Origin: Gemmatimonadota bacterium
Lineage (GTDB): Bacteria; Gemmatimonadota; Gemmatimonadetes; Palauibacterales; Palauibacteraceae
Direction: 5' to 3'
Assembly (NCBI GenBank): GCA_046758745.1
Contig: JBHIAV010000061.1
Location: 1-13,994 of the forward strand
Length of the DNA stretch: 13,994 bases
The first letter of the stretch is position 1; every line of letters starts with the position of its first letter. Positions 1-7,738 of this stretch are shown here, piece after piece. The translations under genes were made by a program, and so were the position numbers. The notes below the pieces were generated by a model. That model searched no databases. It had not been told where the DNA came from and saw only the letters and a list, made by a program, of their open reading frames with translations.

Positions 1-50
1 CCGGGCTGGGGATGACCCGCAGGGCGATGGTGCCGCCGCCCGGGGCGGTC

Positions 51-80
51 GGGGCCGGCGGAGGCCGGCCCCTTCTCGTT
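51..80 (+). terminator. Putative intrinsic terminator
   Basis: Perfect 9-bp stem GGGGCCGGC-ggag-GCCGGCCCC (51-72) followed by TTCTCGTT. It lies downstream of the minus-strand Rrf2 gene, with the T-rich tail on the plus strand, consistent with a convergent gene ending near the window start (possible TGA at 13-15). Confidence 0.6.
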
Positions 81-167
81 GCTCGCCGGGGGACGCGTGG
101 TGGCCGTCGCCGGCGTGGAGATGTAGCTGCCAGGAGGGCGGACGCGGTGGGATCGATGGCTACTCGT

Positions 168-620
168 TCACGCCCTGTCCGCGCCCTGCTTCGCGGCGAT
201 GAGGGCCCGCTTCCTAGCCACGCCTTCGGCCATGTCGGCGAGGGTCGTGCGCTTCAGATACTCCTTCAGCGCCGTGCGCAGTGATTTCCAGGTCTCATGC
301 AGCGGGCAGGGGGTCTCGTCGGAGCAGGGGTCCAGGCCGACGGCACAGGCCTCGAGATCCTCGGTGCCGTCCAGAGCCGCTCTGATGTCCAGCAGGCTGA
401 TCTCGGACGCCGGCCGGGCCAGCACGAACCCTCCCATCGGCCCCCTGGCCGAGCGCAGCAATCCCGCCCGCACCAGGCGCCCCAACACCTTCCCGAGGAA
501 CGGGTGCGGAAGATCCTCGGCAGCGGCGATCTCAGCGAGCGGCGTGCGCCGTTCGGCGGGGCGTTGTGCCAGGAAGGTCATGGCACGGATGGCGTTCTCG
601 CACGCGCTGGAGTAGAGCAT
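168..620 (-). CDS. Rrf2-family transcriptional regulator, probably Fe-S binding (150 aa)
   Basis: Starts MLYSSACENAIRA; winged-helix signature LVRAGLLRSARGPMGGFVLARPASEISLLDI; C92-x6-C99-x5-C105-x2-H108 ligand set similar to IscR; C-terminal TTLADM. ATG 620 chosen over 671 because family homology begins there. Confidence 0.93.
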   Translation of the reverse strand: MLYSSACENAIRAMTFLAQRPAERRTPLAEIAAAEDLPHPFLGKVLGRLVRAGLLRSARGPMGGFVLARPASEISLLDIRAALDGTEDLEACAVGLDPCSDETPCPLHETWKSLRTALKEYLKRTTLADMAEGVARKRALIAAKQGADRA

Positions 621-630
621 AGGGTTGCTT

Positions 631-650
631 TTCGGATATAAAGATCCTAA
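631..650. promoter_or_regulatory. Candidate Rrf2 operator (imperfect inverted repeat)
   Basis: TTCGGAT-ataaag-ATCCTAA, with 6/7 arm symmetry, in a conspicuously AT-rich patch 10 nt upstream of the Rrf2 start codon, between the divergent rrf2 and cox genes. Confidence 0.55.
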
Positions 651-836
651 TCTCTGTATATGCCGGGCCATACCCGCGCGGTCGCCGGGGATCCGTCGAT
701 CAAGTCAACGCGAGCGCCCGGCCGCACGACACAACCTGTCGGGCTCGAAGGTGAACGGGCGGACGCCGTTTGGCGTCGCCTTCGGCCACGGTAGGCCCCC
801 GGCGACCGCAGAGCTGCCAGTCATTTCGGGAGCGCC

Positions 837-1661
837 ATGCACGAGGATCGACAGACCCCCGAGCTGATCGCCCTCATCCTCCTCTTCCTCGGCATCACGA
901 CCTTCACCGTCGTCGGCTTCGCCACGAAGGAGTGGCTGCCCGTCGCCGCCTCGCGACACGCGGCCGGCGTGGATGGGGTGATCCGATATCTGCTCCTCAC
1001 CACGGGGGCCATCCTCGTGCTCGGGACATTGGCACTCACCGCCTTCCTGTGGCGATACGGCAGGGGGCGGCCGACGCGCTCGCCACGGACGACCCCGAGG
1101 GCGGAGCGCTGGTGGTCGCTCATTCCGGTGCTCGGCATGGCCCTCATCGCCGAAGCGGGCGTGCTCCTCAAGGGCCTCCCGGTGTGGGAGCAGGTGTACG
1201 GCCCGCCGCCCGAGGACGCGCTCGTCGTCGAGGTGACCGGGAAGCAGTTCGAGTGGATCGTCCGCTACCCGGGCCGGGACGGCGCGTTCGGCCGCACGGC
1301 TCCCGCTCTCATCGATGACCGGACCAACCCCGCCGGACTCGACGAGGACGACCCGGCGGGGCGTGACGATGTGGTATTTCGAAAAGCGCTCCACCTACCC
1401 GTCGGGCAAACCGTCCACCTGAGGCTTCGCGCCCGCGACGTGCTGCACAGCTTCACGGTCCCTGCCTTCCGTGTCAAACAGGACGTCGTTCCGGGCATCG
1501 TGACGAGGACCGTGTTCGTCCCGACGCGACCCGGCGAGTACGCGATGGGGTGCGCTGAGCTATGCGGCATGGGTCACTACCGGATGGGCGGCACCGTGTT
1601 CGTGCACTCGCCGGAGGACTTCGAACGGTGGCTCGATCAGCAGACCGGGTGGTTCGAATGA
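837..1661 (+). CDS. coxB: Cytochrome c oxidase subunit II (CuA type, no fused cytochrome c), 274 aa
   Basis: N-terminal TM helices; VEVTGKQFEW aromatic loop; CuA ligands DVLHSF...CAELCGMGHYRM; GGGAG RBS upstream; stop overlaps the next start (ATGA, 1658-1661). Confidence 0.97.
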   Translation: MHEDRQTPELIALILLFLGITTFTVVGFATKEWLPVAASRHAAGVDGVIRYLLLTTGAILVLGTLALTAFLWRYGRGRPTRSPRTTPRAERWWSLIPVLGMALIAEAGVLLKGLPVWEQVYGPPPEDALVVEVTGKQFEWIVRYPGRDGAFGRTAPALIDDRTNPAGLDEDDPAGRDDVVFRKALHLPVGQTVHLRLRARDVLHSFTVPAFRVKQDVVPGIVTRTVFVPTRPGEYAMGCAELCGMGHYRMGGTVFVHSPEDFERWLDQQTGWFE

Positions 1662-3412
1662 GCGCGGCACACGCTCCGCAGGGCTTCTGGAGAAGGTACG
1701 TCTTCAGCACGGACCACAAGACGATCGGGAAGCAGTACCTGCTGACCGGCCTCCTCATGGGAATCTTCGGCGTCGCGTGGTCGATCCTCATCCGCCTGCA
1801 GCTCGCCTGGCCGGACGCCACCTGGCCTGTGCTGGGAAGGCTCCTCCCCGGCCTGTTCGAAAGCGGGGTGCTGCTGCCGGAGCGCTACCTGAGCCTGGTC
1901 ACCATGCACGGGACGGTCATGATCTTCTTCGTGGTCTCCTTCGCGCTGGTGAGCGGGTTCGGCAACTTCATCATCCCGCTCCACGTCGGGGCGCGGGACA
2001 TGGCGTACCCCTTCCTCAACATGCTCTCCTACTGGATCATCGTGCCGGCCTGCCTCCTCATGCTCGGCTCGTTCTTCGTCCCGGACGGGGCGGCGGCGGC
2101 CGGCTGGACCGTCTACCCGCCCCTCTCCGCCCTACCGGAGGCGGTGCCCGGATCGGGGGCCGGACAGACGCTGTGGCTGCTGGCGATGGCGCTGTTCATC
2201 GTCTCCTTCACCATGGGGAGCCTCAACTTCGTCACCACGATCCTCAACCTCCGCACCCGCGGGATGTCGATGTTCCGGATGCCGCTGACCGTGTGGACGC
2301 TGTTCATCGCGTCGATCCTCGGCCTCCTGGCCTTCCCGGCCATCACCGCGGCGGCGATCATGCTGCTGCTGGATCGCCTCGGGGGGACGAGCTTCTTCCT
2401 GCCCGAGGGGCTGGTGCTCGGGGGACGCCTCCTGGAGACCGGGGGCGGGACGCCTCTCCTCTTCCAGCACCTCTTCTGGTTCATGGGGCATCCGGAGGTG
2501 TACGTGCTCGTCCTCCCGGCGGTGGGGATCGCCTTCGACGTGCTGGCGGCCTTCGGGCGGCGGCCGGTGTTCGGGTACCGGACGTCGGTTTGGTCGCTGG
2601 TCGTGATCGCCTTCCTAAGCATGATCGTGTGGGGGCATCACATGTTCACCAGCGGGATGAACCCCTACCTCGGCGAGTACTTCTCGATCGCCACCGTCGC
2701 GATCACCGTGCCGTTCGCCGTGCTGGGGATGAACCTCATCGCGAGCCTGTGGCGCGCGCGGATCCGGCTGACCTCGGCGATGCTCTTCGCCCTCGGCATC
2801 GTGGCCGCCATCGGCATCGGCGGGCTCGGTGGACTGTGGCTCGGGACGGCGACGTCGGACATGTACCTGCACGACTCGTACTTCGTCGTCGGCCACTTCC
2901 ACTTCATGATCGGCACGGTGACGCTCTTCGGCGTGTTCGCCGCCAGCTACTACTGGTTCCCGAAGATGTTCGGGCGGTTCATGAGCGAGAGGCTGGGCAA
3001 GATCCACTTCTGGCTGACCGCCGCGACGGTCTTTCCGGCATTTGTCTCCATGCACTACCTGGGCCTTGCCGGGCACCTGCGGCGCCTGTACGACCCGACG
3101 GCATACGGGTACGCCGAGCCGACCCAGTGGCTGAACGTCTTCATCACGATCGCGCTGCTCGCCGCCATCGCCGGCCAGCTCGTCTACCTGGCGAACTTCT
3201 TCTGGAGCCTGTTCCGCGGCGAGCGGGCGGGGGCCAACCCCTGGGAGGCCGCGTCGCTGGAGTGGACGGCTGCCTCGCCGGCGCCGCATCTGAACTGGGA
3301 GGAGCTGCCTGCGGTGTACCGGGGGCCTTACGAGTACCGGGTGGACGGGCTGCGGGACGGGTACCGCCCGCAGGCGGCGCCGCCGGCCGAGGTTGAGGCG
3401 ACGGTGCGGTGA
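1658..3412 (+). CDS. coxA: Heme-copper oxidase subunit I, A1 type (584 aa), with atypical K-channel
   Basis: STDHKTIG, TMHGT (heme a His), GFGNF and ARDMAYPFLN (D-channel Asn/Asp), GWTVYPPLS, FWFMGHPEVY (A1 Glu, crosslink Tyr), VWGHHMF (CuB), LHDSYFVVGHFH, LRRLY. Start taken at the ATGA overlap with coxB. Confidence 0.97.
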   Translation: MSAAHAPQGFWRRYVFSTDHKTIGKQYLLTGLLMGIFGVAWSILIRLQLAWPDATWPVLGRLLPGLFESGVLLPERYLSLVTMHGTVMIFFVVSFALVSGFGNFIIPLHVGARDMAYPFLNMLSYWIIVPACLLMLGSFFVPDGAAAAGWTVYPPLSALPEAVPGSGAGQTLWLLAMALFIVSFTMGSLNFVTTILNLRTRGMSMFRMPLTVWTLFIASILGLLAFPAITAAAIMLLLDRLGGTSFFLPEGLVLGGRLLETGGGTPLLFQHLFWFMGHPEVYVLVLPAVGIAFDVLAAFGRRPVFGYRTSVWSLVVIAFLSMIVWGHHMFTSGMNPYLGEYFSIATVAITVPFAVLGMNLIASLWRARIRLTSAMLFALGIVAAIGIGGLGGLWLGTATSDMYLHDSYFVVGHFHFMIGTVTLFGVFAASYYWFPKMFGRFMSERLGKIHFWLTAATVFPAFVSMHYLGLAGHLRRLYDPTAYGYAEPTQWLNVFITIALLAAIAGQLVYLANFFWSLFRGERAGANPWEAASLEWTAASPAPHLNWEELPAVYRGPYEYRVDGLRDGYRPQAAPPAEVEATVR

Positions 3413-4053
3413 GCGGCATCGGAGGGGACGGGGAGGCGCTTCCAAGGAGCACGGCCGGCGGGGCTCAGGGGGATGGGATATCGGCCGGAGCGGTAGTAGC
3501 GCTCGGGCACGCCCCGCCGGCCCCCGGACCGTACCCGATCGGGCTGGCGGCGATCCTGGCCACCGTCGGCATGCTCTTCGCCGCCTTCACGGCAGCGCTG
3601 CTGGTGCGCCGGACCGGCGCGGATTGGGTCCCGGTGCGCCTTCCGGGCATCGTGTGGCTGAACACCGCGCTGCTCGTCGCCTCGAGCGCCGCGGTCCAGC
3701 GGGCGCGGGGCGTGATGCGCCGTGGTGCCTCGGGGCCGGCAGTCCGCTGGCTGGCGGCCGGCAGCGTCCTGGGGCTTCTCTTCCTGGCCGGCCAGCTCGT
3801 CGCGTGGCGCATGCTCGCGGCCCGCGGCGTGTTCCTGCCGACCAACCCCCACGCCGCCTTCTTCTACACCCTCTCGGCGGTGCATGGGGCGCACGTGCTC
3901 GGGGGGCTGGGGGCTCTCGGCTGGACCCTGCGCCGGGCGGCCGGAGGCGCGTACACCGCCGCCCGGCACATCGGCCTCTCCCACGCCGCCATCTTCTGGC
4001 ACTTCGTAGGCGGCGTGTGGGTGTACCTTCTGACCCTGCTTTCGACCCTGTAG
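3409..4053 (+). CDS. coxC: Cytochrome c oxidase subunit III, first short copy
   Basis: MLFAAFTAA, WLNTALLVASS, FLAGQLVAW, FFYTLSAVHGAHVLGG and FWHFVGGVWVYL motifs; GTGA overlap with coxA. The true start may lie somewhat downstream. Confidence 0.9.
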   Translation: MSGIGGDGEALPRSTAGGAQGDGISAGAVVALGHAPPAPGPYPIGLAAILATVGMLFAAFTAALLVRRTGADWVPVRLPGIVWLNTALLVASSAAVQRARGVMRRGASGPAVRWLAAGSVLGLLFLAGQLVAWRMLAARGVFLPTNPHAAFFYTLSAVHGAHVLGGLGALGWTLRRAAGGAYTAARHIGLSHAAIFWHFVGGVWVYLLTLLSTL

Positions 4054-4061
4054 GAGGACCG

Positions 4062-4673
4062 ATGGCGAGTGTGGACGTACCGGCGGCCGAGGTTCACTGG
4101 CAGGGCGGGGTGTCGCCCTTCGGGGTGTCGTGGCAGAAGCTGATGATGTGGCTGTTCCTCATCACCGATGCCCTGCTCTTCGCCGGGTTCCTCGCCGCCT
4201 ACGGCTTCGAGCGGCTGGCGAGCGCCGCGTGGCCGGAGCAGGGCGATGTCTTTCCGATGCTCAAGATCGGGACCATGACGTTCGTCCTCATCACCTCGAG
4301 CGCCACCATGGCCACGGCGGTGGGGGCGGCGCACCGCGGGGACCTCGCGCGGGCCGCCCGGTTCGTGCTCCTCACCGCGCTGGGCGGGCTCACCTTTCTC
4401 CTCTTCCAGGCGAGCGAGTGGACGAGCGTGATCCGGGAAGGGGCGCGTCTGACCCACAACCCGTGGGGCGTCCCGGCCTTCTCGGCCTTCTTCTTCACGA
4501 TCACCGGCTTCCACGGCACTCACGTCCTGATCGGCGTGATCATCCTGTCGGTGGTGGTGGCGCGCCTGCGGGCCGGCCGCACGTCGGGGTCGGGGGTGGA
4601 GCTGGCGGGCCTCTACTGGCACTTCGTGGACCTGGTATGGGTCTTCATCTTCACCTGCTTCTATCTGATCTGA
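4062..4673 (+). CDS. coxC: Cytochrome c oxidase subunit III, second short copy (203 aa)
   Basis: AGGAGG RBS at 4052-4057; WQGGVSPFGVSWQKLMMWLFLITDALLF, TFVLITSSATM, FFFTITGFHGTHV, GLYWHFVDLVWVFIFTCFYL. Confidence 0.95.
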   Translation: MASVDVPAAEVHWQGGVSPFGVSWQKLMMWLFLITDALLFAGFLAAYGFERLASAAWPEQGDVFPMLKIGTMTFVLITSSATMATAVGAAHRGDLARAARFVLLTALGGLTFLLFQASEWTSVIREGARLTHNPWGVPAFSAFFFTITGFHGTHVLIGVIILSVVVARLRAGRTSGSGVELAGLYWHFVDLVWVFIFTCFYLI

Positions 4674-4711
4674 AGAAAGCGTTCACCCCGATTCCAGGGA
4701 GAGTGAGTGTG

Positions 4712-5005
4712 ATGGAAGGAGCCACGTCGTACCGCAGCTACTGGTTCGTGTGGGTCGTCCTCCTGATCCTGACCCTTTTCATGATCGCCGTGGAAGCGTC
4801 CGGACTGGCGCGGGCCGCGGCGGTGCTCATCCTGGCCGGGGCGATGCTGACGAAGGCGACGCTGATCGCCGGCTGGTTCATGCACCTGCGATACGAGCGG
4901 ATGGCGCTGGTGGCGTGTGTGGCGGTGGGAATCCTGGCGACGGCGGCTTTTCTCTTCTTCCTCATCGCCACGGACGGCGTTTCGATGGCTCGGCTCGCCG
5001 CCTGA
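4712..5005 (+). CDS. Cytochrome c oxidase subunit IV family protein (97 aa)
   Basis: Three TM segments with YWFVWVVLLILT...KATLIAGWFMHLRYE (prokaryotic subunit IV FMHL motif); last gene of the cox cluster; purine-rich RBS upstream. Confidence 0.88.
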   Translation: MEGATSYRSYWFVWVVLLILTLFMIAVEASGLARAAAVLILAGAMLTKATLIAGWFMHLRYERMALVACVAVGILATAAFLFFLIATDGVSMARLAA

Positions 5006-5054
5006 CCGCTCACCGCCGCACCCCGCCGAGTGGCCGGTGGCACGATGGCGAACG

Positions 5055-5312
5055 CTATGGCCGGGGGGGCGACTTCCTCCGGAAGTAGAAACGCCGCACC
5101 TCGTCGCCCCGGCTCCCCCCGCCGATCATGGTGAGGCGGTAGCCGAGCTCCGACATCACCGCGACCAGCTCACTCTCGTGCGAGAGGTCGGCCGGGAGCG
5201 CGGGCGCGCCCTCCGCGGAGGTGTCTAGCGAGAAGCGGCGGGCTCCCTCCTCGGCCGGCCGGCTGGTCACCACGACGACGCCCTCCGAGCCCTCGCGCTC
5301 TCCCTCTCGCAT
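5055..5312 (-). CDS. Small hypothetical protein (about 85 aa), weak DUF4177-like C-terminus
   Basis: GGAGGT Shine-Dalgarno just upstream of ATG 5312; same strand as, and 90 nt downstream of, the FDH catalytic gene; C-terminal half ELVAVMSELGYRL...RRFYFRR. Confidence 0.6.
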   Translation of the reverse strand: MREGEREGSEGVVVVTSRPAEEGARRFSLDTSAEGAPALPADLSHESELVAVMSELGYRLTMIGGGSRGDEVRRFYFRRKSPPRP

Positions 5313-5401
5313 CCGTTCCACCTCCGACAAGGCAGCCGGGGGTTGCGGGCCTTCGGGTCAGTCGGCCGGCGGGGCCGCCGGACCGAGCCGCCGTCGCCCG
5401 G

Positions 5402-7738
5402 TCACTCTGCCGCGGTCGCCGGGCCGATCCGCACCGCGCAGAACTTGAACTCCGGGATCTTCCCGAACGGATCGAGCTCGTCGATGGTGAGGACGTTGGC
5501 GCCGGCCTCCCGGAAGTGGAAGGGGATGAAGAGGGAGCCCGGGCTCACCTGCGTGGAGCTGCGGGCACGCAGGATGATGCTTCCGCGGCGCGACGCCACC
5601 TCGACCATGTCACCGTCGGCCAGGCCGTGGGCCGAGAGATCATCCGGGTGGATCTCCACGCTGGCCTCCGGCTCGATCGCGTCCAGGATGCGGGCCCGCC
5701 GGGTCATCGTCCCGGTGTGCCAGTGCTCGAGGAGGCGGCCGGTGTTGAGGACGAGCGGATACTCCTCATCGGGAAGCTCCTTGGCCGGGGCGAAGACGGC
5801 CGGAACGAACTTCCCGCGGCCGCTCGGTGTGGGGAAGCCGTCCCCGAACAGGACCTGGATCCCATCCCCGCTCTCCGGCTCGGGGCAGGGCCACAGCTTG
5901 CCCGTGAGGCCGAGGTTCCGATGGGTGAGGCCCGCGTAGGACGGCGCGAGGGAAGTGAACTCGTCGAACACGTCGGAAGGAGAGTCGTAGCGCATCGGAT
6001 AACCCATGCGGGTCGAGATCTCGCAGATGATCTCCCAGTCCTGCCTCGCCTGTCCCGGCGGGTCCAGCGCCCTCCGCCCCACCTGAACCCGCCGGTCCGT
6101 GTTCGTGTACGTGCCGGTCTTCTCGAAGAAGCTCGCGGCGGGGAGGATGACGTCGGCGAACTCGGCCGTCTCGGTGAGGAAGATGTCCTGCACGACGAGG
6201 AACTCGAGGCTCGACAGGGCCTTCCGCACCTTGTTCGTGTTGGGGTCGGAGAGGAAGGGGTTCTCCCCCATCATGTACATTCCGCGGATCTCGCCGCTGA
6301 GCGCGCCGGACATGATCTCGACCACGGTGAGACCGGCTTTCGGGTCGAGGGACGCGCCCCACGCCTTCTCGAACTTCGCGCGCACGTCCGGACTCTCCAC
6401 GCTCTGGTAGTCGGGGTACACCATCGGGATGAGCCCGGCGTCGGAGGCGCCCTGCACGTTGTTCTGCCCGCGGAGCGGGTGGAGGCCCGTCCCCGGCCGT
6501 CCGACGTTTCCGGTGAGCAGCATGAGGGAGATGAGGCCGCGCGCGTTGTCGGTGCCGTGCGTGTGCTGCGAGATCCCCATCCCCCAGAAGACGATCGCGG
6601 CCTCCGCGCGGCCGAACAGGCGTGCCGCCTCGACGATCCTCTCCTCCTCCACCCCGCAGAGGCGCGACGCCAGCTCGGGCGGGTAGTCCGCCACCACCTT
6701 CCGGAGCTCCTCGAACCCCTCGGTTCGCGTCTCGATGAAGCGGCGGTCTACCAGGTTCTCCTCGATCAGCACCTTCATCCACGCGTTGTACAGAGCCACG
6801 TCGGTGCCCGGGTTGATCTGGAGGAAGTGCGCCGCGTGATCTGCCATGTCGTGGCGGCGCGTGTCCACCACGACGAGCTTCGTGCGGCCGGACTTCGCCG
6901 CCTGCTTCATGAAGGTGGCGGCCACCGGGTGGTTGGCCGTCGTGTTCGAGCCTGCGATGAGCGCCACGTCGGCGTTCTTCACATCCGCGAAGACGTTCGT
7001 CACGGCGCCGGAGCCGATCGTCTCGAGCAGGGCGGCCACGGAGGAGGCGTGGCAGAGTCGGGTGCAGTGGTCCACGTTGTTCGTGCCGAAGACCGCCCGC
7101 ACCAGCTTCTGGAAGAGGTAGGCCTCCTCGTTGCTGCACTTCGCGCTCCCGAAGCCGGCGAGCGCGCCGGGGCCGTGCCGATCGCGGATCTCATTCAGGC
7201 GGGACGCCGTGAGGTCGAGCGCCTCCTCCCATGTCGCCTCTCGGAAGTGGGGGAGGACGTCGGCATAGTCCACCAGCCCGCCAGGCTTCCTTCCGCTCCC
7301 GGGACCCGTCGAGCCCCGTACCTCCGGGGAGAGAGGACCCTTGGGGTAGGCGGACTCGCGACGGATGAGAGCGGCGGTGAGGCGCTGCGGGTGCGTGGCG
7401 TACTCGAAGCCGAACCTCCCCTTCACGCACAGCCGCTCCCGGTTGACCGGACTGTCCCGGCCGTCGGCGTACGCGATTCGCCCCGATGCCTCGTCCACGA
7501 AGTAGCGGATCGCGCAGCCGACGCCGCAGTACGGGCACACCGAGTCGACGCGTCCAAGCTGGCCTTTGGGCGTGGAGAGGCGGAGCTGTCGCAGCAGCTC
7601 GGAGCGGTGCTCACGGATCGAGGCGCGCAGCTCCGGGGTCAGCGCGCCGTTCGGGTCGCGCAGGGCCAGGCTGTCGCCGCTCGGTCGGAGCTCGACGCCT
7701 CGCTGGCGAAGCTCCGCCAGCAGGGTCGTCGTGGTCAT
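5402..7738 (-). CDS. fdhA: Formate dehydrogenase catalytic Mo/W-bis-PGD subunit (Cys ligand, 778 aa) with N-terminal TubC_N-like domain
   Basis: [4Fe-4S] motif SVCPYCGVGC...LCVKGRFG, GSAKCSNEEAY, active-site NNVDHCTRLCH (Cys, not Sec), PLRGQNNVQGA, LNTGRLLEHWHTG, C-terminal PEFKFCAV. GGGAGGTG RBS and ATGA overlap at 7735-7738. Confidence 0.96.
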   Translation of the reverse strand: MTTTTLLAELRQRGVELRPSGDSLALRDPNGALTPELRASIREHRSELLRQLRLSTPKGQLGRVDSVCPYCGVGCAIRYFVDEASGRIAYADGRDSPVNRERLCVKGRFGFEYATHPQRLTAALIRRESAYPKGPLSPEVRGSTGPGSGRKPGGLVDYADVLPHFREATWEEALDLTASRLNEIRDRHGPGALAGFGSAKCSNEEAYLFQKLVRAVFGTNNVDHCTRLCHASSVAALLETIGSGAVTNVFADVKNADVALIAGSNTTANHPVAATFMKQAAKSGRTKLVVVDTRRHDMADHAAHFLQINPGTDVALYNAWMKVLIEENLVDRRFIETRTEGFEELRKVVADYPPELASRLCGVEEERIVEAARLFGRAEAAIVFWGMGISQHTHGTDNARGLISLMLLTGNVGRPGTGLHPLRGQNNVQGASDAGLIPMVYPDYQSVESPDVRAKFEKAWGASLDPKAGLTVVEIMSGALSGEIRGMYMMGENPFLSDPNTNKVRKALSSLEFLVVQDIFLTETAEFADVILPAASFFEKTGTYTNTDRRVQVGRRALDPPGQARQDWEIICEISTRMGYPMRYDSPSDVFDEFTSLAPSYAGLTHRNLGLTGKLWPCPEPESGDGIQVLFGDGFPTPSGRGKFVPAVFAPAKELPDEEYPLVLNTGRLLEHWHTGTMTRRARILDAIEPEASVEIHPDDLSAHGLADGDMVEVASRRGSIILRARSSTQVSPGSLFIPFHFREAGANVLTIDELDPFGKIPEFKFCAVRIGPATAAE
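7580..7738 (-). other. TubC_N / beta-hairpin docking domain-like segment (aa 1-53 of the FDH catalytic subunit)
   Basis: MTTTTLLAELRQRGVELRPSGDSLALRDPNGALTPELRASIREHRSELLRQLR fits the remembered pattern LLxELxxxGIxLxxxGxxLxxxAPxGALTxELxxxIxxHKxELLxxL of TubC/EpoB N-terminal docking domains. Confidence 0.8.

Noticed and set aside
691-710. FNR/CRP-like site (ATCAAGTCAA) upstream of cox
   Set aside because: Only tandem half-sites; no TTGAT-N4-ATCAA palindrome.
3393-4673. 426-aa ORF suggesting a long fused subunit III
   Set aside because: Its first 223 codons overlap the real 3409-4053 gene in another frame; an AGGAGG RBS and ATG at 4062 mark the real start.
3409-4673. Two tandem subunit III genes as a novelty
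   Set aside because: A short III-a plus III-b arrangement is common in cox operons of several bacterial phyla.
7040-7080. Selenocysteine / SECIS in the FDH active site
   Set aside because: The ligand codon is Cys in TRLCH and there is no in-frame TGA.
7735-7738. FDH alpha split as a frameshift pseudogene or sequencing error
   Set aside because: A strong RBS, an ATGA overlap and about 65 extra codons forming a coherent domain argue for a genuine two-gene arrangement.
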